Source: a candidate division WWE3 bacterium
GTDB lineage: Bacteria > Patescibacteriota > WWE3 > JAUXAW01
Length of the DNA stretch: 64,000 nt
NCBI GenBank assembly: GCA_030619715.1
Contig: JAUXAW010000001.1
Location: 3,195 to 67,194, forward strand
Direction of reading: 5' to 3'
A program made the position numbers and the translations under genes. The stretch's first letter is position 1, and the number at the start of each line of letters is the position of its first letter. A model generated the notes under the pieces. That model saw only the letters and a program-made list of their open reading frames with translations. It made no database searches and was not told where the DNA came from. Of the stretch, positions 8,924 to 17,645 are shown piece after piece.

Positions 8924-9658
8924 TCAATACCTAACAACAGGTTGTTCGTACCGTAAATCGACTTGCTTAAGACTCTTGCCTTCAATTTTATACTTTTGCA
9001 AGACCGTTTGTAAAGACCGAATTTGGCCTGCAAGATCTTTTTCGCGGGAAAAGAATATCGTCAATTCCTCGTCACCTTTGACTTCGATTCCTGTCTGGCC
9101 GGCAAATTTGACCGAAGAAACCCAGGGCTCTTCAAGAAGAATCAATAAGACAATATTCGCGTCGATCGTCTGTCCCAGTGCCAATTCCGAACCCAACTCC
9201 AGAACAACTGTTTTCAGGCCTTGCCACTCCGGCTGGACTTCGGAGTAGATAACGCCTTCTTTGTCAACAAGAAATTCCAAGCCCCCAGGACGGGAAATCT
9301 TAGCAATCGGCTTTCTTTCGCTAATCTGAACGACGACCGTCTGCGAATACTTCTTTTTAAAAACCACATCTCCCACCGGCAGAAACTTTTTTCTTATTTC
9401 ACCGGCGATCGCCTGTTCTTTAAGAAGAAATATCCTCTGCCCAATCGCTGACCTCTTGGCCTGCTCACACCATCTTTTTTCGTCGGCGACCGAAGTTTTG
9501 TCTTTAACCTGACAGTTGACCTTCTTAATGATGAAAAAATCGGACTTGAAGACAAGATAGAACCCACCAACCAGGAGTCCAACTCCAAGGAGAACAAGAA
9601 ACAATCTTTTAAACCACCGCCGCGCTACTCGAACTTTGGGTTTCCACAATTTAACCAT
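8924..9658 (-). CDS. ftsQ: Cell division protein FtsQ/DivIB
   Basis: Single TM, POTRA-like region, ISERKP, C-terminal VDLRYEQPVV; probable start 9658. Confidence 0.8.
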   Translation of the reverse strand: MVKLWKPKVRVARRWFKRLFLVLLGVGLLVGGFYLVFKSDFFIIKKVNCQVKDKTSVADEKRWCEQAKRSAIGQRIFLLKEQAIAGEIRKKFLPVGDVVFKKKYSQTVVVQISERKPIAKISRPGGLEFLVDKEGVIYSEVQPEWQGLKTVVLELGSELALGQTIDANIVLLILLEEPWVSSVKFAGQTGIEVKGDEELTIFFSREKDLAGQIRSLQTVLQKYKIEGKSLKQVDLRYEQPVVRY

Positions 9659-9824
9659 CAAAACTATTCTACAGTAAAGACAGTAATTCAGTAAAGACAG
9701 TAACCCAATAAGAACCTTTCGCTTCGCCAAGTCTGACTTGGCTTCGCTCAAGAACCTTGCATTTGAGCATAGTCTAACGACTATTAGCTCAAAAGTAGGC
9801 CTTCGGCTTATTTAACTCCGGTAC

Positions 9825-9922
9825 TTGACTTCTGTCCTGTATTATGTTAAAATTAAGAAGTAAAATGTGGTCGCAGAGCTTAATCTGCCAAATTTGACAA
9901 ACGGAACAAAAACTGTTATAAT
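9825..9922 (+). promoter_or_regulatory. Tandem sigma70 promoters
   Basis: TTGACT-17-TAAAAT (9825-9853) and perfect TTGACA-17-TATAAT (9894-9922), both with TGn. Confidence 0.8.
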
Positions 9923-10057
9923 TAAGGTATAAGCTCAAAAAGAAGCTTAAAAAAAGGCAATCAGCACTTGGTCTCGATATTCTTGTTATATCAAGGTCAA
10001 CCGCGGGTTGCCTTTATTTTTAGGCAATAAAACCAAATTCAAAGCGAGGAGGCAAAA

Positions 10058-10153
10058 ATGGCAAAGTACAAAACACCGCCGAGGTCCAAAAAGCGGCCGA
10101 CGGAGAACAGGGCGCTCGGTAGCATTCGCCGTCGGCAGCAACGACGCTCCTGA
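10058..10153 (+). CDS. 31-aa basic peptide
   Basis: AGGAGG SD; MAKYKTPPRSKKRPTENRALGSIRRRQQRRS*. Confidence 0.4.
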   Translation: MAKYKTPPRSKKRPTENRALGSIRRRQQRRS

Positions 10154-10219
10154 CCCAACACTTGGCCAGGAGCCAACAAAAACTAAAGGAGGTCACAATG
10201 CACAAAATGTCCGAGTTTC

Positions 10220-10680
10220 ACCAACCTTAGCCGAAAGGCGAGGAACCCTCCTGAAACAAAAAACATCCCTGAATAGGGGAGCGGGTTGCAAGTAGGGAGG
10301 GAAAATAAAGGGCCTGGGCAGCCCTTCGGAGGGAAAGTTCGTCGGACAACGATGTCCAACAACTTTCCCTCCAATCCACCTGCTCTCAACCAACCGTTGA
10401 GGTCGGATGGATTCAACAACAATTTAACAACGAGGTGACACACTTGTGTGTTACCGCAGTTGACAAAAGACCTGTGGGTTGTAAGACGCGGAAAGTTCGG
10501 AAAAACATCGATTTCCGAATTTCCCTTGTCTTATTCACCCTTCATAAAGTTCAAAAAAAGAAAGGGGGCAAAATAAGACCAAAATGTACCACCTGACTCC
10601 GGACACCTGAACCCGCAAGGGCAGGCAACAGGAGGAGTCAGGGCCCACGCCCCCGTCCTTCGGGACACGGGCACGGGCAA
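10220..10680 (+). ncRNA. Putative structured RNA / long leader
   Basis: Consecutive hairpins: GCC-GAAA-GGC, 12-bp stem 10328-10372, 10434-10455, 10490-10524, 10592-10642 with CCC-GCAA-GGG, GTCC-TTCG-GGAC 10655-10666. Confidence 0.5.
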
Positions 10681-10691
10681 GAAGGAGAGAA

Positions 10692-11300
10692 ATGGCTAGT
10701 AGAATTAAGTTTTTCAACGGTACTCGCGGCTTCGGCTTCATCAAGCGCGAGGGGGAGCGAGACATCTTCTTCCACATCTCCGATGTGGTGAGCGGTTACA
10801 AACCGCAAGAAGGTGACTCGGTCGAGTTCGAGGTTGGTCAGGGCAAGAAGGGGCCCGCCGCCAGGAACATCCGCCCCGCCTCAGCCAATTCCGGTGAGGC
10901 GACCATGAAGGTCGTGATGGAGGGCGACGCGGTAACGAGCTCTGGCTCGTGCACCATCATCTGCGGCCTCAAAGGGGAACCGCTGCCAGCACTCAGTGCC
11001 CCCATGCGGGGAACTGGTAAGGGTAGCTACGCCACCCTGCGAGTAGGGAAGCACATCCAGGTGAAGGGTTCCTGGTACAGAGGCGAACCCGCCCAGATTA
11101 CCGTGGAAGAGGTTACTCCTGTCAAGGACGGAGAGCCGATTCGCGAGCTACTCTGGAAGGGAATTGCCGAGGAACTACCGGAGGTCTATGCCTATCTGGA
11201 GAAGGCAGTGCGCGCTGCGGATGAAAAAGCCCAGTGCTACCACTGCCACCACCTGCACTTTCCGGTGGCAAACGCTGGGCAGCTCGGCGCCAGAGTGTAG
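10692..11300 (+). CDS. Cold-shock-domain protein with ~130-aa unknown C-terminal extension
   Basis: RNP1 RGFGFI, RNP2 IFFHIS, GKKGPAARNI; tail ends CYHCHHLH; SD GAAGGAG. Confidence 0.85.
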   Translation: MASRIKFFNGTRGFGFIKREGERDIFFHISDVVSGYKPQEGDSVEFEVGQGKKGPAARNIRPASANSGEATMKVVMEGDAVTSSGSCTIICGLKGEPLPALSAPMRGTGKGSYATLRVGKHIQVKGSWYRGEPAQITVEEVTPVKDGEPIRELLWKGIAEELPEVYAYLEKAVRAADEKAQCYHCHHLHFPVANAGQLGARV

Positions 11301-11630
11301 AACACGGGATCAGAGGCGCCAGTATCCGCCTCTCTTTGCAGGCAAAAGTTCGTCAGCAGTTTACGAACTCCCCGACCTGCGAAGTATTACAAGGGGATGA
11401 AAAGCACCAAGCACGTCTGGTCTATCAGATGCCCGATGAATAGGGTTGGTAGAAGACGTGCTACAGAGGGAGTCTGAAAGGACTTTGCTTTCAGACCGAT
11501 GCGCGCCCATGTTGCGTGTCCAACACTGATACCAGAACTAGTATCAGACCGTTGCTCCTCTCTCCAAGCTCATTAGTCTAAAAGGGTTAGTGAGTTTAGG
11601 GAGGGGAAATAGAAAAATAACTCAGTCATA

Positions 11631-12746
11631 TCAATTCAGTAACTTAACGACTTCGTCTGCGATGTTGTCTGCCGCATCCAACCGCACTAACTTCTGCGCC
11701 TTCTTTCCCCCTTCCCGATATTTTTCCAAATTGGACAAAAGTATATCACTATGTAGTAGTATACTTTTGGCAGATAAATCTTTTTCCTCAAGAATAATCG
11801 CCGAACCGGTGTCGACGAGAAGCTGGGCGTTTTTGCGCTGTTCGTCGTGGGAAACCCAGGGAATAGGAATCAAAATCGCCGGCTTTCCCAATGCGGCCAA
11901 TTCGTAAACAATATTCGCTCCCGCCCGGCTGACAACCAAATCGGCGGCGGCAAAAACAGCACCGATTTCCTCCTCACCAAAAAAATCTTGCAACAAGTAA
12001 CACGATCGTAGCTCCGCGCTAAGAGCTGAGCGCTGAGCGCTAAGCGCTTCGTAATCATCGAAGACCGTTGACCTCCCACACTGATGAATAACGTTATATT
12101 TCTCCAACAACTGCGGCAACGCTCCTTTCACCGCTTCGTTAATCACATGCGAACCTTGTTTTCCTCCAGTAATGTAAATTGTTGATAGTTGATTGTTGAT
12201 TGCTAATTGTTTTTTTACTTCGAAAATTGCAGGCCTGAGAGGATTACCGGTTACGGCAATTTTATCCCTCGGGAAATACTTTAAGGACTCTTCCCAACTG
12301 ACAAAGATTTTCTTTGCGAACTTAGAAACAAGCCGGTTCGCCCATCCCCCTTCAACCGTCTGCTCGTGCGTCACCGAGGGAATTCCCAAAAACCAGCCGG
12401 CTATCACCACCGGAGGAGCAAGATAGCCTCCGAAGCTGACAATCAAATGGGGTCGGATTTTCAAAAGATAACAAAAGGCCTGCAGAAAGCCGAACGGCAA
12501 GCGAATCAATTTTAGTGGGTGAAAAGTCCTGTAAAGCTTACCGGCCTTAAGGTCATAAAAAGGAATCCCCCGCCCGGTCACCTCCTGATATTCGGCGCTG
12601 ACATTCTTATCTCCCCACATGGAGAACTTGTGACCGATCCAACAAAAATTGGAAATTGGAAATTGGAAATTGGAAATTAGAGAATCGATGACAGCCAAGG
12701 CGGGCGTATGGTGACCACCAATAAAAACAATCCTAACGTCTTTCAT
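11631..12746 (-). CDS. murG: MurG GlcNAc transferase
   Basis: GGHHTPA, FGGY, HEQT, TGNP, TGGKQGS, SRAGAN, EQRKNA. Confidence 0.93.
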   Translation of the reverse strand: MKDVRIVFIGGHHTPALAVIDSLISNFQFPISNFCWIGHKFSMWGDKNVSAEYQEVTGRGIPFYDLKAGKLYRTFHPLKLIRLPFGFLQAFCYLLKIRPHLIVSFGGYLAPPVVIAGWFLGIPSVTHEQTVEGGWANRLVSKFAKKIFVSWEESLKYFPRDKIAVTGNPLRPAIFEVKKQLAINNQLSTIYITGGKQGSHVINEAVKGALPQLLEKYNVIHQCGRSTVFDDYEALSAQRSALSAELRSCYLLQDFFGEEEIGAVFAAADLVVSRAGANIVYELAALGKPAILIPIPWVSHDEQRKNAQLLVDTGSAIILEEKDLSAKSILLHSDILLSNLEKYREGGKKAQKLVRLDAADNIADEVVKLLN

Positions 12747-13870
12747 TTTGAACTCCTGACCGTATAACGGCTAACCGAAAGAAGCAGCCCCATGGCCATC
12801 ATCATAAAAATCATCGACGAGCCGCCGTAAGAAATTAAAGGCAGGGGAATTCCCGTCAGCGGCAGCAAAGCCGTCATCGCCGCCAGATTGACTAGAACTT
12901 GAATTGCCAACCACGAAGCAACACCAGTCGCAACCAATTTTCCCAAATCATCAGGTGCCTCCCGTGCCACGGCAAAACTTTTAAAAATCAAAAAAGCAAA
13001 CGCCGCCACCACCGCCACCGTCCCCACAAAACCCAACTCCTCCCCGACGACGGCAAAAATTGAATCGGTTGTCACCTCCGGAAGATACTCGTACTTCTGG
13101 CGAGACTGACCAAATCCCAAACCAAAGGCCCCACCAGAACCAATCGCCATCAAAATTTGCTGGATATGATACCCACCGGAAAGAGGATCGGCCGCCGCGG
13201 GATCAAGATAAGTTTGCAGGCGCTGCATTCGATAAGGCGAGTTAATAATAAACAAAATCCCCAAAATTCCCAAACCTAATCCGAGAGGCAACAGCTTGAG
13301 GATGCTAACACCGGAGACAAAATAAATACAGAGTCCAATTGCGGCAATAACCATTGCTGTCCCGTAGTCGGGCTGGAGGACAACCAGACCACAAAGAACT
13401 GCCAAGAGAAAAAGAAACGACGAAAACCTCTGCTTTTTCTTGGCAAACCAAGCCGAAAGATAAAGAATAAAACTAAACTTGGCCAATTCCGACGGCTGGA
13501 AGCCCATCCCCCCCGGAAGGTAAATCCATCTTCGAGCACCATAAACTTTGGGAATAAACGCCTCAAAAACTGCTGGTAAAAATCGGGCTATCACCGTCAG
13601 GAGCAAGAAAAAAAGACTTAAGGCAAAAATAGTAAAGCTAAGCTTTGAAAGACGCTGGTAGCCTAGCTTGTAGACGAAAAACGCCGCAAGCGTCCCCAAA
13701 AGAACCCAGAGCGATTGGAGGATTAAAAAATGGTATTTTCCTCCAAAAACCTCGTGGGCATAAACGACCGAGGCATCGTAGACCATAATGACACCGAAGA
13801 TGAGGAGCAAGATGACTCCGATCAAGAGTGAGATATCTGGGGAGTGGGAAGTCTGTTTGAGACGAGGCAT
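12743..13870 (-). CDS. ftsW: SEDS protein FtsW
   Basis: GARRWI, FQPSELAK, QPDYGT, LPEVTTDSIF, PLISYGGSS. Confidence 0.95.
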   Translation of the reverse strand: MPRLKQTSHSPDISLLIGVILLLIFGVIMVYDASVVYAHEVFGGKYHFLILQSLWVLLGTLAAFFVYKLGYQRLSKLSFTIFALSLFFLLLTVIARFLPAVFEAFIPKVYGARRWIYLPGGMGFQPSELAKFSFILYLSAWFAKKKQRFSSFLFLLAVLCGLVVLQPDYGTAMVIAAIGLCIYFVSGVSILKLLPLGLGLGILGILFIINSPYRMQRLQTYLDPAAADPLSGGYHIQQILMAIGSGGAFGLGFGQSRQKYEYLPEVTTDSIFAVVGEELGFVGTVAVVAAFAFLIFKSFAVAREAPDDLGKLVATGVASWLAIQVLVNLAAMTALLPLTGIPLPLISYGGSSMIFMMMAMGLLLSVSRYTVRSSK

Positions 13871-13875
13871 AGAAA

Positions 13876-13970
13876 ATTTCTAATTTCTAATATCTAATTT
13901 CTAAAATTTTCGACATTGGGAATTGGACATTTGACATTTTATTAGGAATTAGTAATTAGGAATTAGACAT
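13876..13970. repeat. Intergenic inverted heptamer repeats
   Basis: (TTTCTAA)-like x4, then (AATTAGG/AATTAGT/GACATTT)-like units in the opposite sense. Confidence 0.7.
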
Positions 13971-13975
13971 TATAG

Positions 13976-15070
13976 CTACAACAGTGCCACCAAAACACCG
14001 GCAAATGCTAAGACTGCACCAGCTAACCAAAGACGCATTGTGACCTTGGTCTCCGGCCAGCTGAGCATCTCAAAATGATGGTGAAGTGGCGCCATCTTAA
14101 AGACCCGACCCCGACCCATTTTGACCGAGGCAACTTGGATAAGCACCGAAAGAACCTCGGCCACAAAAACGCCGCCAACTATTAAAAGACTTAACTCCCG
14201 TCGCAGCATCATTGCTATTACGGCGAGAGTCATCCCCAAGGACAGCGAGCCGACATCGGCCATTTCAAAACGAGCCGGATGAATATTGAAGTAAAGAAAC
14301 GACAGCAAAGTTCCCACAACAGTGGCGCAAAAATAGCCAATCTGATTGTAGCCTAAAGCTAAACTAATAACCATATAGGCGGTAAAAGCCATCGCCAAAA
14401 GACCGCCGGCGAGCCCGTCCATCCCATCGGTTAAATTGACGGCGTTGGCCATTCCCGCCAACATCAAAACAACGAGGGGAATATAAAAAATTCCGATGTC
14501 AAAAGTTCCCAAAAACGGCAGCCAAAGTTCGTGCCAATCCAGTTTGAAGTACATCCACCAGGCGGCGACCAAACCGATGGCTACCTGAATGAGAAACTTT
14601 TCCCAGGGCTTAAAACCGGAGGTTGGGTAGCTACCCAGAGCCCGAAAAATTTCCTTAAAAGCGTTCCAGGGCAGAAGTAAAATGTTATAGATGTTCCAGG
14701 TGAAGCCGGACAAGGTAACAATCGGTGTAACTCCCCCCCGCACCGTGTCCGAAAGTTTGGCGTGACCAAAAATGTTTAAAAGATCGTCGATGCCGCCAAA
14801 GATGCCTGCTATAGCCAAACAGAAAAGAGGTAGACAAGTTTGCGCTCGCGAGAGATTAAAGACAAGAGTGATGGCAATGGTGGTCAGTACCATCAACAGG
14901 CCGCCCATGATCGGGGTCCCCAACTTGACCCGCCGCGCCTCAATTTTCTCTTCAACCTCCTGCCTGATTCGTCGACGAACGTTACACTTGTACAAAAATT
15001 TGATCAACAGCGGCGCCCAGGCAAAACTCACTATTAACGATCCCAAAAGAAAAACCAACGCTTTAATCAT
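13976..15070 (-). CDS. mraY: Phospho-MurNAc-pentapeptide transferase
   Basis: GTPIMGG, GIDD, NAVNLTDGMDGL, MADVGS, APLHHHFE. Confidence 0.95.
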   Translation of the reverse strand: MIKALVFLLGSLIVSFAWAPLLIKFLYKCNVRRRIRQEVEEKIEARRVKLGTPIMGGLLMVLTTIAITLVFNLSRAQTCLPLFCLAIAGIFGGIDDLLNIFGHAKLSDTVRGGVTPIVTLSGFTWNIYNILLLPWNAFKEIFRALGSYPTSGFKPWEKFLIQVAIGLVAAWWMYFKLDWHELWLPFLGTFDIGIFYIPLVVLMLAGMANAVNLTDGMDGLAGGLLAMAFTAYMVISLALGYNQIGYFCATVVGTLLSFLYFNIHPARFEMADVGSLSLGMTLAVIAMMLRRELSLLIVGGVFVAEVLSVLIQVASVKMGRGRVFKMAPLHHHFEMLSWPETKVTMRLWLAGAVLAFAGVLVALL

Positions 15071-16302
15071 TGTTTCCAACGCACGTCCTGACAAACAAGA
15101 AGTTCCGCGACACGTGATGGATCCTTCAAAAGCTTTTCGACGATTTTCTCCATCCTCATTCCCCGCGAGCCTTTGACTAGGATTATATCACCTTTCTTAG
15201 GCTTAATTAAATCCACAATCGATTTCGATGCTTCCTCGGAATTTTCAAAACGATGATACTGCGCAGTATTAGAGTGGAAAGATTCACCGACCGTGATTAG
15301 AACATCAGCGTCCGACTCGGTAACCATCTGCCCGACCAAACGGTGGCCATTTTCTTCAAAATCACCCAACTCGAGCATATCCCCGAGGACCGCGATTCTT
15401 CTCTTCGCCGAAAAATTTTTTAGAACTTTGAGGGCGGCGGCGGCCGATTTTGGTGAGGAATTATAGCTGTCGTCCAAAATTTTTGCGCCGTTGATACCAC
15501 CCAAGAGATTTAGACGACCTCTGAGAGGCTTAAGCTTTTTCAAACCACGATTAATCTCGACCGTAGACAAACCGCAAACCTTCCCCACGGCCGCCGCCGC
15601 TAGTGCATTATAAATTACATGCTCTCCCAAAAGGGGAATTTGGGCCTTAATTATCTCTGGCCGGACATCAGCCCTTGGGTTTTTCCCGTACCAGACAATC
15701 GGACTTTTACATTTTTTCTCCAACGAGCGTACATTTTCATCGTCCCAATTTAAAACCGCCGCCCCCGACGGTGGAAGTGCTTCCAGTAGTTCTCCCTTGG
15801 CTTTGATAATATTTTCCAAAGTACCGAGCTTCTCCATGTGCGTTGGATTGATAAAAGTAACAACGCCGATTCGTGGCTTAATGATCTTGCAGGTTTCTCT
15901 AATCTCTCCCAATCGGTCCATCCCCACCTCAACAACTAATTTCTGGTGAGATTTTTTGAGGTTGTTCACAATTTCAATTGAGAGTCCCAAAGCGGTATTC
16001 AGAGTCTCGGCGGATTTTAAAACCTTAAATTTCTGTGCTAAAACGGTGGTAATGGCTTCTTTGGTTGAAGTTTTCGCCGTCGAACCGGTAATGGCAATTA
16101 CTTCGGGGTTGACTTTCTTTAAACGCTTTTTAGCAGTTTCGTAAAGCTCCTCTTCTTCCAAAACTCCCTTCGCTCCCTTCTTCAACGCCTCGTCAATAAA
16201 CTTGTGCCCGTCGTACTTCTCCCCCTTGACGGCGACAAAATATTCCCCCTTTTTAATCAACCTCGAATCCTGACAAACTTTCATAACATCTAAAGATGTC
16301 AC
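15067..16302 (-). CDS. murF: MurF ligase
   Basis: AITGSTAKT, VEVGM, DDSYNSSP, LGDMLELG, LVKGSRG. Confidence 0.92.
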   Translation of the reverse strand: MTSLDVMKVCQDSRLIKKGEYFVAVKGEKYDGHKFIDEALKKGAKGVLEEEELYETAKKRLKKVNPEVIAITGSTAKTSTKEAITTVLAQKFKVLKSAETLNTALGLSIEIVNNLKKSHQKLVVEVGMDRLGEIRETCKIIKPRIGVVTFINPTHMEKLGTLENIIKAKGELLEALPPSGAAVLNWDDENVRSLEKKCKSPIVWYGKNPRADVRPEIIKAQIPLLGEHVIYNALAAAAVGKVCGLSTVEINRGLKKLKPLRGRLNLLGGINGAKILDDSYNSSPKSAAAALKVLKNFSAKRRIAVLGDMLELGDFEENGHRLVGQMVTESDADVLITVGESFHSNTAQYHRFENSEEASKSIVDLIKPKKGDIILVKGSRGMRMEKIVEKLLKDPSRVAELLVCQDVRWKQ

Positions 16303-17645
16303 TCCAATTCTGCCCGCTCGATTTTGGCACCGAGGTTACGGAGCTTTTCGTCGAAATTTTCGTAGCCGCGGTCAATGTGTTCGACGCCAGAGGTTTCGCT
16401 TTGACCCTCGGCGGCGAGGGCGGCTAAAATCAAGGTGGCACCAGCACGAAGGTCTGGAATCGCCAACCGCGAACCGAAAAGAGATGTTGGTCCGTGAACC
16501 CTCGCGAGAACTTTAGGTTCTCTATCTCCCTCCAACCACTCAAAGCCGTATCTTCCGGGATCAAAAGCTATTCCTGCTTCGGAAGGAGTCAAGACCTCAA
16601 TCTTCGCTCCCGCCTTTAACAGCTCGTCGACGAAAGAAAAACGATTCTCAAAAATAGTTTCGTGAGCCAAGCTTACTCCATTGGCTTGGGCTAAAAGAAT
16701 GCAAAAGGGCTGAATCCAATCCGTCATAAACCCGGGGTGGGGGACAGATTCCACGTCAACCGGCTCCAGCGCCGTGCCCTCTTCTAACCAAACCCGAAGG
16801 GTCTGTTTCTGAATGTCAAAACCAACGCCCATTTTTTCCAGCTTGGCCAAAAAAGCGGTTAGGTCCAGGGGCCGAACGTCGGTCAGCGTTACATCTCCCC
16901 TGGTTGCCGCGGCGGCAACGGCAAAAGTAACCGCCTCATTGCGATCAGGCAAAATCCGGTGACGCGCCCCCGCAAGCTCCCGCACCCCCTCAACCACAAT
17001 CCTTCTTGATTCACTTTCATCCCTCTTAATCCTCGCTCCCATTTTGACCAAAAGCACAATCAAATCATCAACCTCCGGCTCCTCGGCGGCATTCGTGATC
17101 ACCGTTTCGCCCTCGGCTAAAACCGACGCCAAAATTGCATTCTCCGTTCCCATTACCGTGTTTTTATCAAAATTAATCTCTGCCCCCTTCAGTCGCGGCA
17201 CCGAAATTTTGTAAACCCCACCCTTATGAGAGACTACTGCTCCCAGTTTTTCCAAAACCATCAGATGACGGTCGATGGGGCGCAAACCGATGCGGCAACC
17301 GCCGGGCTCGGGAATCGTTACCTCACCAAAACGAGCCAAAAGAGGGCCAATAGTTATTACCGAGCTTCGTGATTTTACCCCCAAACTGTGGGGAACTTCC
17401 GAGGAGAAAACTTCGTCGGCCCGCAAACCAAGAGTGTGCTCATCGAGGAACTCCGTCTTAACTCCCAAATTCTCAACGATTTCAACAATCACTCCCACAT
17501 CATCAATCCGCGGAATATTTTCTAAAACTACTTCATCAGAGGTCAAAAGCGAAGCCGCCACCATCTTGATCGCAGCGTTCTTGGCACCTGATATTTGAAC
17601 TTGACCCTTGAGGGGAATACCACCCTCAATTAAAAATTTCTGCAT
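16299..17645 (-). CDS. murA: UDP-GlcNAc enolpyruvyl transferase
   Basis: GAKNAA, PGGCRIGLRPID (catalytic Cys), PGFMTD, DLRAGA, DRGYE. Confidence 0.96.
   Translation of the reverse strand: MQKFLIEGGIPLKGQVQISGAKNAAIKMVAASLLTSDEVVLENIPRIDDVGVIVEIVENLGVKTEFLDEHTLGLRADEVFSSEVPHSLGVKSRSSVITIGPLLARFGEVTIPEPGGCRIGLRPIDRHLMVLEKLGAVVSHKGGVYKISVPRLKGAEINFDKNTVMGTENAILASVLAEGETVITNAAEEPEVDDLIVLLVKMGARIKRDESESRRIVVEGVRELAGARHRILPDRNEAVTFAVAAAATRGDVTLTDVRPLDLTAFLAKLEKMGVGFDIQKQTLRVWLEEGTALEPVDVESVPHPGFMTDWIQPFCILLAQANGVSLAHETIFENRFSFVDELLKAGAKIEVLTPSEAGIAFDPGRYGFEWLEGDREPKVLARVHGPTSLFGSRLAIPDLRAGATLILAALAAEGQSETSGVEHIDRGYENFDEKLRNLGAKIERAELE

Noticed and set aside
10320-10680. RNase P, tmRNA or SRP identity for the structured region
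   Set aside because: GGAGGGAAAGTTC only loosely resembles RNase P GAGGAAAGTCC and is locked in a local hairpin; no tRNA-like ends or SRP loop were found by eye. An Rfam scan is still needed.
16299-17645. Fosfomycin-resistant MurA
   Set aside because: The active-site Cys is retained (PGGCRIG).
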